DNA from: Raillietiella orientalis | Lineage: Eukaryota | Direction: 5' to 3' | Assembly: GCA_036172245.1 (NCBI GenBank) | Contig: JAYWIR010000046.1 | Span: 1,178,001-1,242,000 of the forward strand | Length of the DNA stretch: 64,000 nucleotides | Shown: one piece after another, positions 12,381-22,829 of the stretch | How positions within the stretch are numbered: position 1 is the stretch's first letter | Layout: every line of letters starts with the position of its first letter | Program-made: the position numbers and the translations under genes | The notes under the pieces: model-generated | What the model saw: only the letters and a program-made list of their open reading frames with translations | Told to the model about the DNA's origin: nothing | Database searches by the model: none

Positions 12381-13011
12381 AGCGGACTCGGTACGGCGCC
12401 CTGGAAGGAGCAGCACCACGTCGCGAGGGTTCCGCGGACTTCTAAGTGACGGATCCACGTGGGAAAATGCTCCAGGGAGAGAGGTGAACGAGAGAATTCC
12501 CGGCACCGAGGTTGCGACTCCTGTCATCCGAAACGTGGGCGTCGCTTTCCGAAGAGGGTTTCGGGTGACGGAGGGAAATTGCTGGCTTGCTTGCGTCCCA
12601 GAGGATCCAGGCAAGGATCACGAAGGAATTTTCCAGAGCGTGACGGACCAGCTTCCGAACTCCTCTGAGCGACCAGGATATGTGAAGTGAATGCTGCTAG
12701 CCGATCCGCGCGCGTCTCGCGAATCTCCCTGGACTCCCCGCATGTTTTATTCAAGAATTCCGCCAGGCGGGCTGGGCTCCGCTAGAAAACGGAAGGCCTT
12801 GGCGACCGTGCTGGATTGGACCGCGACCGTTTCGTAAGCGTCTGAAGAATTCGGCAGGAACGGAGGAACGCTCCGGAGCAGCGGTCACGTCCGGGAGTGG
12901 CGTGCGGCGTCTCACCCAGTTGCGGGCGCCAGTGTGGAACGGGAAAGCATCCGATCTGGAGAATGGCTCCATCTTCAGGAGAAGATTCTCTGCGGAGCCG
13001 CCTGGAGCTGC
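11700..13011. repeat. Right arm of the 1.3 kb near-perfect inverted repeat
   Basis: Reverse complement of 7519-8831 (paired coordinates sum to 20530-20531). Confidence 0.97.
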
Positions 13012-13480
13012 GGCGCAGCAGGTGCAGGTGCAAGCGAGCCCGGGACGCGGAGTGAGGCTCTCGCCATGGAAGGCCGGTTCACACAAGGTGGGCGACCACG
13101 TCCTCCGGCACCGCTCGTGGAACGCGGGTGCCATCAGCGGAATGATGTTTTTGCGGATGCGGGTGCGAAGGTGGCCGTGTCTGCAAAAAGACTCCGTGGC
13201 CTCCCGGCGAGTTTGGCCAGGAAGGGTTCCTCGAGCTCGCTTCCGGGATCGCCTTCCCGCACTCGCCTTGCAAAGCTGCAATTCCTTTGCGCGAGGCCAC
13301 CGCCATGGCTCGAAGGGCAAAGGTAGCGGTTTCCTGATTGCCCGCAGCCTTCGTCATTCGTAGAAAAGAGGAAGAAAGTGTTGCCGGAAGAATGAGGACT
13401 GCGGTCTTAGAGGAAAGTGTTTGGTAATCACTGAATAAATTTCTGCAAACATCGGCAAACATTTTAGTAATCTTTTTCTC
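12380..13480 (-). mobile_element. Copia gag-protease-integrase N-terminal relic
   Basis: LILPATLSSSF (gag-like), SFCRHGHLR (decayed CCHC knuckle), GGSAENLLLKMEPFS (protease-like), LPDVTAAPE (ORF 12751-13320), FSHVDPS (ORF 12282-12614). Confidence 0.5.
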
Positions 13481-13629
13481 AGTGTAAGGTTTTTTTTTAA
13501 TGGTTTATGGCTATTGTTTTTATGGTTTTTCGTGTTGTCTTTGGACCACTAGAAGGACACGCATTGCTACTTTCGAAATCTCTCTCAATGCATCCGTTGC
13601 ATTTCATCCAAAAACGTATTAAAACTTCT

Positions 13630-14060
13630 ATACAAGTTGTAACGCGTTTTTTCTGTCTTTTGAAGCGCAATTCTGGATAAGCATATCTGAATCAGGAAAG
13701 TTAAGGAAATAAATTGACCACGCACACACCACACAAACACGACAGACTTCAAAGATGAATCCTCGAATTCGATAGACTATTAGACTCCTAATCTCACATG
13801 ACCAATCACAAAGTTTAGGAGACTGCTCTTCCGCGTCATGGTCCGCGAAGTAATCTACATGAAGCCTCCCAAGAGGGGAAACAGCTACCACTAAGGAGTG
13901 TGGCAGCCAGCAAAGTTCCGAGAAGGAAATGCATGTCCACGCGCGACCACGGAAGCAGATCGTAGGCAGCACTTCTGGGATGCCATCGCGTTCTTTTCGG
14001 CGCATCCCTCTTTTCGACTCGCGGAAAAGAATGGCACAGAGCGAGAGCTTTTCCTCGGCC
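13630..14060 (+). mobile_element. Copia RT fragment
   Basis: IDHAHT, TIRLLISH (~13776-13800), ETALPRHG, EVIYMKPPKRG (~13846-13878, EEIYMxQPEG-like), VWQPAK..RQHFWDAIAFF (ORF 13898-14173). Confidence 0.65.
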
Positions 14061-14064
14061 ACCA

Positions 14065-17000
14065 GCCGGCTCCCAGCCTCCGCAGCGCCAGCCTCCGCGG
14101 CGGGACGGAGGTTTCCACGCTGGAGAGAACAGACCTTCAGCTTGATTTCAAGAGACTGACCCTGCCAGCCTAGTACTAGACCATCCACTCCACCGGGTGC
14201 GTCCCGACACGTCTGATCGCCCGGGCCGCGGCCGCCTGCGGAAAACCAGCAACCCAGCTTTCTAACGCAACCTCCTGAACGTCTACGGCTCCCTCTCCGG
14301 CAAGTGGCCACCCTGCAAAAAGCACATTCATGGATCTTCTGTTGCCCCGCAAAAACAAATGCCTGGAGCCAGGAGACCGTTCCAACGTGGGCCGGGAGGA
14401 CGAGTCCCGCAAGAGAAGCCACGAACTGCCGGTAACACATCCGGAATGTCGGAAGAACCGCGGAGGCGGTGGGCTGTGAAGTCCGTCAGCCACCAGAGAC
14501 GTAGACGCGCCCTCCGCCTTCGAGATTCACGGCACCTCCTACCGGCTAAGCGGGAGTTTCCCTGCGAGATATCGGGTAGCAGGAAACCCCCAAGTAGCCG
14601 GACTGCGAGTCGGCGACCTCACGCCGCAACAACCTTGACCCTTCCCAGAGGACTTCTTCTCTGGGATCAACGCTTCGGCACCCCATCGGCGACGTCGAGC
14701 AGCTCTCGCCTCTCCCTCCGATGGCAGCGGCCGGCGCTGCTGACGTCTTGAACTCGCGTGCAGCGCGGCCGGCCAACACCGGACGAGAGGGAGCACCGGT
14801 CCCGCCTGCTCCAGCTGCGGAGAGAAGGACGCTTTCCCCGACCTGCTAGTGGCACGTGCTCCCCTGCAGGCACAACGGGAACGTTCCCCTGAGTCGCCCC
14901 CTTCCCCAGCGAACGACCCGGAAAGCTGCGCGAGGAACCTCTTTGCGCGCGCGGAGTCCCCGCAAGTCCGCAGCTGCCGCCTTTGCGGCGCCGTGCTGTC
15001 TGCGCGCAGTCTGTCCAAAAACGGCTCCGAGAGTCGACGACACGATAGAGGAGCCATCCTCTTCTCCATCCGCTTTTCTGAGCGGCTACCGAGAGGAGCT
15101 CGCCGGCATACCGCAAAGGGTGCACAGGATCGCAGACAGCGGGATGCGACCTTTCTCCCCCCCTCCTCCCCCGGTTCAGTTTTTCCGAAAAATTTCCCTT
15201 TCATGTTTTCTTTTTTCTTCCAGTCCCTCGACCTCTGCGTGATGTCGTGGGACCTCATCGACGCCCCCCAGTGGATGTTCGGACTGGGTGGGACGCGCAC
15301 TTCCTCCCACCCATTTCCCAGTCTGCTTCCCTTTCGCGTGAATAAAAAGAAAAAACGTTCCGGCGCCACCGGGCGAGGACGCTGATTATCCAGGAGAAAG
15401 GTGGGCGCCCGGCACCCACCGACAGCAGCGGTCACGCACGGACCGCATGCACCTGGGGCCTCAGACTCGCGTCCGGGCCGCGGGCACTCCCGGCACGCTC
15501 GTCACAGGGATGACCCTGGGTCGCCGAGCAATCCAGCTCCCCAGGGAAAATCCGCAACGACGAGCCCGCAAACGCACTCTGCACCAGGTCGCGGTGGAAT
15601 CGGAGGTCAAGAGAAAGGTCGGAGGAGGAAGGTCAGCCCATTGCCATCAGCCTGCACCGCCTCGTCTCTTGGCCTCCACCCAAGCGCCGCGGTAGCCGAC
15701 AACGGGCGGCAACCGCGAAAAGCACTGCGGAACGGCATCGAAAACAAACCGTGCCAGAAAGGACGCCGGGACACTCCCTTCGACGCTGCAGCCCACTTTC
15801 ATCCAGAGAGCCGGCACCACCGGTCGGGCTGGGCGCAAGTCCGAGGGGGGCTCGATAAGGCGACGAGAATGGTGGCTCGGGAGGCTCCTGGTTCCTGGAC
15901 ACACGTCCATCTTTAGGATGAGCGGGGACGTGCGGTTGGTTCCCTCTTCCCAGCCGGAGCAGAGGACGGAGAGGGCCACCCGGTGGTGCCTCGTAGACGG
16001 GATGCGCTCACAGGGTCCTTCGCTTACCGGAGGCACCCGAGCAAAGCGATCCGGGTGACTACTTGCGTGGGTGGGCGCCGCGACCGCAGCGCGCGCGCGA
16101 CACCGGGCGCCGCGGGTGCCGGCTAAAGGATCGACGCGCTGCGGGTGCCCAGTTGGCCCACCAGATGACGCTGAGGGGCTTCGCACGGTCATCGGGGCCA
16201 CGCCTGCGAGACCGAAAACTGGGAAAGCCGGTTTCGGGCCGCGCGCCCCCTGCGCATCTCGCATGCTTGTCAAAGGGGGGACTTATTGGAAAGCCACAGC
16301 CCTATCGAGCCTCCCCCATGCCCTTGGAGTCCGGGACGGGGCGGGGCGGCTCTCGGGAAGCGGAGACGAATGGAGGCCGAAGAAAAGGAAGCGGCAGGAA
16401 GGGCGTGGCGGGCGGCCGAAGGTGTCGCGCGGTCCTACGGAGCCTCGATTCCTCCAGGGGGAGGTCGGATGCAGCTCTGCCTGCTCGCACGGGACTCGCC
16501 GTCCCCGGCGAGCGCTCCCTGGGCGTGAACGGCTCCGCCCCTCTGGGTGACTGATTGCAGGCTCCACTTTCAGCGCCACCTGCATCGATGTCGGCGCTCC
16601 CTAGAGAAACCCGATAGCGCCTTGCGGGGAATTCGAGAGGACAGGTCGACGTCGCTCCGGTCTCCCACTTTTTCGGACGTGCCTCCTTTCTTTCCGAGGA
16701 GCGGCCCCTGTCCAGATGAAAACAGTCGCCGCGGCGCGCTTCGGACCGCACTGGGACCCCCTCATACACTCATCGCTCTACGGTCCATTAGCACGTCGGA
16801 GTCTTCACCGGAGTTTCCCGGACCAGCCTGCGGTTCCAAGTCAGGAACGCGTGGCTGCACAAGAAGCGGGACCGAAACCCACGAGCACCATCGGCGTCAC
16901 GGCGGTGAGCGATGACACTTCTGGTGCGCCAGGAGCCCTCGCTGCGCCGCCAAGTCACCAGACATGAAAGAGCGCCAGATTTGCGTAGGGACGGGGAGGC

Positions 17001-18300
17001 GCGCTGGAGTTGCCGCGCACCAGGAGCGCCTGTCAGCGCCGCCGCGATCACAGCACCCCTCGCTTGCCTCTCTGCGTCAGCCTGGAGATCACGCACGCCA
17101 AGCGAACACGACTTTTTCCCGCCTCCGGGATGCTCGAGGGGCGCATCCGCAGCAGGAATTGGCGCGGGGGGAGAGGCGACCGCCGCGCGGGCGGGAGCTG
17201 CGTCGGCGAAGAGCGCCAGGATCGCAGGGAACGCAGCGAAAGGGGGAATGCGGCGAGCGAAACGCGATGAGCAAGCGGGTGCCCGCGAATTGGAATTCCC
17301 CGATGGGCGTCGCTCTCTCCGCCGGGAGCTGTCGAGCAGCAGCTCTGGGGGAGGGAGCGAAGCGCCGCGTCCGCCCAGGATGCGCTGCTGCTCCGGACGG
17401 GGAGCACCCGACCCATCATCGCGGGAAGTCCCTCCGAGGAGTGGACCTTGCGTGGCCGCTCGATTGGTTGTGGGTCCAACTGTCCCCCTTGCGTGGCTGG
17501 GTGTCTTCCCTGCTCGCGGGCGGTCGCGCGAAGGAACGCCCGGGAAGAACGGCTGGGCGATCAGGAGACCTCTCTGGAGGGCTCCTCTGAGGACAGCGCC
17601 GTGGGGATAAGAAGGATCCATGTTCCCCAAGGCTGCTCCCGTGGGGATTGGGACTTTTCCGAGACTTGCACCGCCGCAGGAAGGAGGAGAAATTTGGGGT
17701 GGCGCCGGACGTACAAGACGAAAACCGCAACCGCGGCAGCAGTCCCCCTCTGCGAAGGGAAGCGCCCGCGGCGGCGAGGGCGCTCCTTCGTTCCCGCTCC
17801 CGCAAGGGACGAGCAGGGGACCCGGAAGCACGTCGCGCCGGGAGGGCGCGCACGCATCCCCGCTCTCAGGCGAGTCGCAAGCGGCGGCGCCAGCGTGCGA
17901 ACCCCCGCTTCTTCTTCCCGCGGGTCGTTCCTGGGTCTCACTCGAGGCGCTGTCGCCTCGTCCGTGGGGCACTGTGTGCGGCGCTTCCGTCGACGGAGTC
18001 GCTCGCGTGCGGCGAGAGGCAGGGAGTGGTCGCAAGGCGCGGGAGACATGCGTTGCCGTCGCGACGCGCGGCTGCCCGCTTGGACGTGGCGATCTCTTCC
18101 GGAGGGTACGGAGACGAGGTGACCTTCCAGAAAGGACGAACCCACCGTCGGGGAACGACTCAGATGACGCGGGTCGCACGCGCGTCCGGGCAGAAGGACT
18201 GCCGCGCGCTGGAAGGGCGCGGCGTCTTCGCAGCGCGCCTCGCCGTTTCCCTAGTACCGCGCGGGTTTGCAGGCGGAGGTCGGAGCCTCCTCGTCCTTGC
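14065..18300 (-). mobile_element. Degenerate copia gag-pol relic, RNase H truncated
   Basis: VDGSAAH (~17975-17995, protease-like), LGNM, HLDRGR (integrase-like), KPAFPVFG, IEPPS..LWMK, VVGYRGAWVEAKR (ORF 15647-16273), RLRARRCGFS, EEVRVPP..KVASRCLR..RRAP (ORF 14539-15435), YRQFVASL..FSAGGRGPGD..AEAG (5' part of ORF 13628-14440). Confidence 0.7.
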
Positions 18301-18999
18301 GGCCATCCCTTCTCGCTGCTCGCCGTCGCTGTGAGCCTCGCTCCGCACGATCGCCGAGATGCACGCGAGAAGGGGCGCTGCGCCGGCGACGCGCCTGTTT
18401 TCCCTGGCGAATCGGTCCAGCGCCGAGATGCGAGCGCGCGCCGCCTTCCTCTCCCGCTCCTCCTCCGTGCGTTTGCGTCCCTGTCCGTTTGCCGGAGGTC
18501 GCCTCCTCCCCGCTCCCGGGCGAGGTGCGCTCCCCCTTCGCCAGCGGAAGCGCCTCGCGTGGCTCGCACTCAGGATGCTGCGCGCCGCTCCCGCTCGCCG
18601 GCGGCTGCTGAAATGCCAGGAACGCGTCGCGAAAGTGTCAGCTGCATCATGCGAGGAATGCGGGAGAAAGCGTACCCGGGGAGCTGCAAGGGAAGGGCGG
18701 GGAAGGGGGGAGGGCGAGGCGCTGCTTCTCAATTTGTCTCTCTTGTGGCAGGTGCAGGTGCAGTCCATCCCGACGGTCGGTATGCCAGCAACCGGGGTTG
18801 TGCCCTTTCCAAGGGACCCACTCCACTGCGGAAGGGGGACTCTACCCTGCTACGGGCGCGGTGGCTTCAGGACCGGCGGCGAGCGTGAACCCCTGAGCGG
18901 ACGGCGCGGGAGACGCATGAAAACACGGTCCAAAGCTGGAGCCCACTGCACGGGATCGCAGCCTGCCCGGATACCTCCGGGATTAACAGCGCCTCCCGG

Positions 19000-21900
19000 T
19001 CTGCTGATATGCAGCAAGAAAACCGGCGAAGTGGGTTGCGAAAAAGGGGGAAATGAATCGTGCAAATCCTCAAAGGGCGACTTTTTTTTCCTTCCGGGAA
19101 GTCAGGGATGCACTTTGTGCAATAAGGTAGCGATGCTGGGTGCTGCGAGGCGGGAATTCCGCCCCCGAAATCCTTTGTTTGCTCGCTTCCAACTGCAGCG
19201 GGTGAGGAGCGAAATTCAATCTCTGCTCCTTGATCTCCCATCCGCATCTGCCTCGCGCGGAGGGGCGCGGACATGCGCCGATCCTCGCTGCGCGGACGAC
19301 GAAACGGGCTCCACCCCCCACCCTCCACCCCCTCTCCACTTTTCTCGGTCTGCAGGAAGAAATTCTCTCGGAAGAGGGTGAGGGTGGGCGCTGGGAGAAG
19401 AACCAGAAGCTGATGAGGGGACGATGCTCCAGAAGGACAAGACCGAGTCGGCCCGGTGCGTCCGTGGCGCGCATCTCTGGGCTGCGGGGTGCGACGTGGA
19501 GCTGCTCCCTCACAGCGCCGGGACCCTCGCTTCGCGGAATCTTCCGAATCCTGGATGCGCTTGGCTGTGTCCCCATGCCCGGATGGGAGGAATGCCTGCA
19601 CGGCCGCAGCGAAAAACCTACGCCCAGTCCCCGCTGCCTTCTCAGGGTGCCTGGCGACGCGCTTGGAAAGCGTGGCACCTGCGAGCGAGCAAAGCGAAAG
19701 ACACGGAGATGGTGCTCGAGGAAGCGCGATTGGGACTCCCCTGGAGAAGAGGACGCGCACGCGGATCCCGCACAAGAATGGGAGGAAGACCGCAATGTGG
19801 ACTGACTGCGAGCTCGGGAATCCGGCGTGCGGCGCCAGATCGCTCTGCGGGCGCACGAGGGTGGTTGCTGGGGCTTCATGCGCAACGGCAACCTGGATGC
19901 GAAAGCTCCCACGGCACCCTCTTCCTCTTCCCGCCGCTGCCGCAAGAGGAACGTCGTTCGCGGCGTTCGGACTGCCGCCGCGGTCTGCATGAGGCTGCCG
20001 GCCGTCTCGTCCGCTGCCTTTCTTGACGCTGCCAACGTCTTCCCGCTTCCGCTTGCGCGGAAGACGTCCTCGTCCTGGTGCTGCGGCCATCTCTGCATGG
20101 AGAGAAGTTTGGGATGCAGGCGGAAGATCCAGTGATGCCGCCTCAGCCATCTCGGCACGCAAAGGCCAGAGGATTCCGGAAGAGGGATTGCAGGACGGAA
20201 GTGCCCGGAGCGTCTCCACGCCCGGTCAATGGGTACGCGCCTACGCGAGAGGCTGCTGCCGAGGCGGAGGAAGTCTGCGCGATGGCGGTTGAGGAGCGTG
20301 GACCACGGTGTGGCGTGCCTCCGCCTTTGAATAGGCGCACGCCATTCGTGGGTACGCTGGCGTCCGTGCGGTGCCGCGTGGCAGCGGAATGCAAGCAGCA
20401 GGTCGCGCGTTGCGGAGCGGGGTGAACAGGTCGGGTGTGCGCGAAGCAGGAGAGCCCTCGCGGCTGCAAAGAGTCGATGCGACTGCCTCCGCCTGGAGCA
20501 TTCCGCTCGGCTGCAGGCGATGGTGGTCCCGGTCGTGCAAGGATGTCGGCAGCCTGGGACCGCAAGCGCGCTGCGCGGAATCAAGGAAGGAGGGTTTCGA
20601 GGGACACGGGCGAACGTTGGTAGAGGACCGGTCCCTCCAGTCGGGGACTCTCCTCTGCTCCCGACTGCTCCTGAGCTTGCGTCGGACCATGCAGTGGGGT
20701 CCACGAAAAGTTCATCTCCCGGGAGCTGCTGAGTGCGATGGAGGGTCATCCTGCCACCTACGCACGGAGGAACCTTGTGCTTTGCGAGGCCTGTGCTCGC
20801 CTTGCACGTTGAGAGTCCGCCTCCCTAGGTGGGTTTCTGCGCAAAATCGTAGGCCGCATTGAAATCCTCCGCGGTTGCCTGGGAGGCAGCGTGTGGAGGA
20901 GGCCCTTACAGCGAGATGGGCTCGGGATGAGTGCGTGCCTACAGGTATGCAGCGAGCGTGGAAGCACGGGGGAATCCCTCCCGCAGACTCTTGCGCGTCC
21001 GTTTCGGTCCTGGCTCCTTGCAAGCCGCGCGCATGCGCTGCGCGCTCGCACGGTCGCGCCTGCCGATTATCGACGCATCGGCCGAGTCGCTCGGACCGCT
21101 GGAAAGAAGTGGCATGCAGAGTATCTTCCTCGCAACGCTCGTCGCCCTCGAGATATCCGGGAAACGGGCATTCCCTTCGCGGATACCTATTTTGCAGGAG
21201 AAACGGGCAGCTGGTACTCGAGGATGGGCTACCGGCTGCCCACTGTGCGCCCGTTGCTTTCTCGCTCTCGGCGAGGACAGGAAGCGCTCGTGCCCCGCCT
21301 CCGGGGATGCGTGCGACTCCCACCCGAGGCAGCGAACAAGAGTGCCCACGAGGAGACTGGCCGCCCCATCTCACCATCGCATCCGTCCCGATCCGTAGCG
21401 GAGGTTTCCACGCTGCGCGCAGCCCGTGACGCATCCAAGGAGAATGCACGGACATTCCGCGGGAGATTCGTATGGCCTCGCCTGCGCTGAAGCACGAGGC
21501 CAGCACGGCGGGCATCTGAGCTCTTTGTTTTCTTTGGCAGCGCCGTCTCACGTTGCGGATGCACACGCAGGCTTGCCCGCGCGCCGACCGTGGCCGCTTC
21601 TTCCTTCTACCTGCGAGAGCAACGGAACTTGCCGAACGGGCACCATCCGTCTGGCTGTGGCCTACGCGAGAGGCGCGCGATGCTGGGAGGAAACGTGCGA
21701 GGGGAGCGGGCAGAGGCGGCAGTGGAAAGCACGTCGCTTCCTCCTCCCTTGCCAACTATCCTTGGAAGAAGTGTCCCCTCTCGAAGAGAGTCGGAGGAGA
21801 ACGGTTGGTGCGGCGGGCGCTGCGGTTAACGCGAGCAGGTTGCCTTCCGGAGCGGGTGGAAGAGCGCTGGTTGCGCGAACAGAAGAGGCCGCACGCGGTG

Positions 21901-22650
21901 AGAACCGTTGCGTCCGCCCTCTTCCTCCGTGTGAGCGAAGCGCGCGAGTCCGTTCTGTGTCCGGACGGGTCTAGGGGAGCGCAGTCGCTGCAGAAGGAAG
22001 GATCTCGTGATCCTGCTCGTATGCCCTCCGTCCATCCCGCAAGCAGGCGAGACGGGCTGAGTGAACGTCCGGACGGATCAACGCCGGATACAAGGGACAC
22101 GCGTGTTCCGTTAGCAACGCATGCCGCTTCCTGATTTCCTCAAGGGTGGGGGGCCATCTGCTGTCGAAAGCAGCACTCGTGCGAGCGGCCCGCAGGGGGG
22201 AACGGCGCTCCGAGGTTACTCAACGAGATCGCATCGCCCCACATGCACGGTGGGGCGATGCGATCTCGTTGAGAACTGGAGGTGGTCCTTTTCGAAGAAG
22301 AGAGCGTCGATGGGTTGCTTCCGGTTCCCTGTTGCCCGTTTCGGGCGTGCACTGCGATCTTGCGAAACGCGCCGATCACCTTTCCCACATTAAGAAATGG
22401 CCGCCCGTTGCTTTGGAGATCTTGCAGAGAAACGGATGCAAAGGCTTCATTCGCATGCGGCAGCTCCTCGTCATTCCTCATCCCTCGCCGCTGGTCATTT
22501 GATTTCAGCCCAAATCTGTCTGGTTTATCGTAGGGACCTTTTTTTCTCTTTCAGGGAACGGAAAAGGTCAGCAGCAATTGGATCGGCTGTTTCGCGATTG
22601 TTGGCCAGCAGCGGCTTTTCTCGTTTTTCCACGTCGTGTTCATCCGCCTG
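19000..22650 (+). mobile_element. Degenerate copia pol relic (integrase-RT-RNase H)
   Basis: HARMGG, LRAHEGGCWGFM, HGEKF, VPGASPRPVNGYA (ORF 20078-20425), SLPQ..RSWLL, YRRIGRVA, GIPFADTY..TVRPLLS (ORF 20891-21490), SYGLACAEAR, LAVAYA (ORF 21426-21974), ERPD, ERRSEVT..GDAIS. The 5' boundary is uncertain. Confidence 0.7.
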
Positions 22651-22829
22651 TCCGAGACCCATTTGCCCGTTCCCTCGGGTTGCGACGCAGCATCCCCCAG
22701 CGCTCGCTTTCCCCGCTCCCTCGCGGCTTACACGAAGCTTTCCGCATGCCTTCAGCTTCCTTTCGGCAGCACGTCGACGGCCACGATGGTTCCGTGGTTT
22801 CCGAATTGTCGAGCAAAAAAAAAAATCCT

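Noticed and set aside
7519..13011. Inverted repeat as the TIRs of a DNA transposon or foldback element, or as an LTR pair
   Set aside because: No target-site duplication, no transposase in the spacer, the arms consist of copia coding relics, homology continues past the ends, and LTRs would be direct repeats.
13628..14440. 270 aa ORF as an intact RT-RNase H
   Set aside because: Catalytic motifs are destroyed, and the part below ~14060 is better explained as the antisense of a plus-strand RT fragment (TIRLLI, EVIYMKPP).
16788..21755. Long ORFs (593, 422, 340, 450, 559 and 347 aa) as protein-coding genes
   Set aside because: They overlap in several frames on both strands, are Arg/Ala/Pro/Gly-rich as expected from stop-poor GC-rich DNA, and show no coherent domain; the copia motifs hop between frames.
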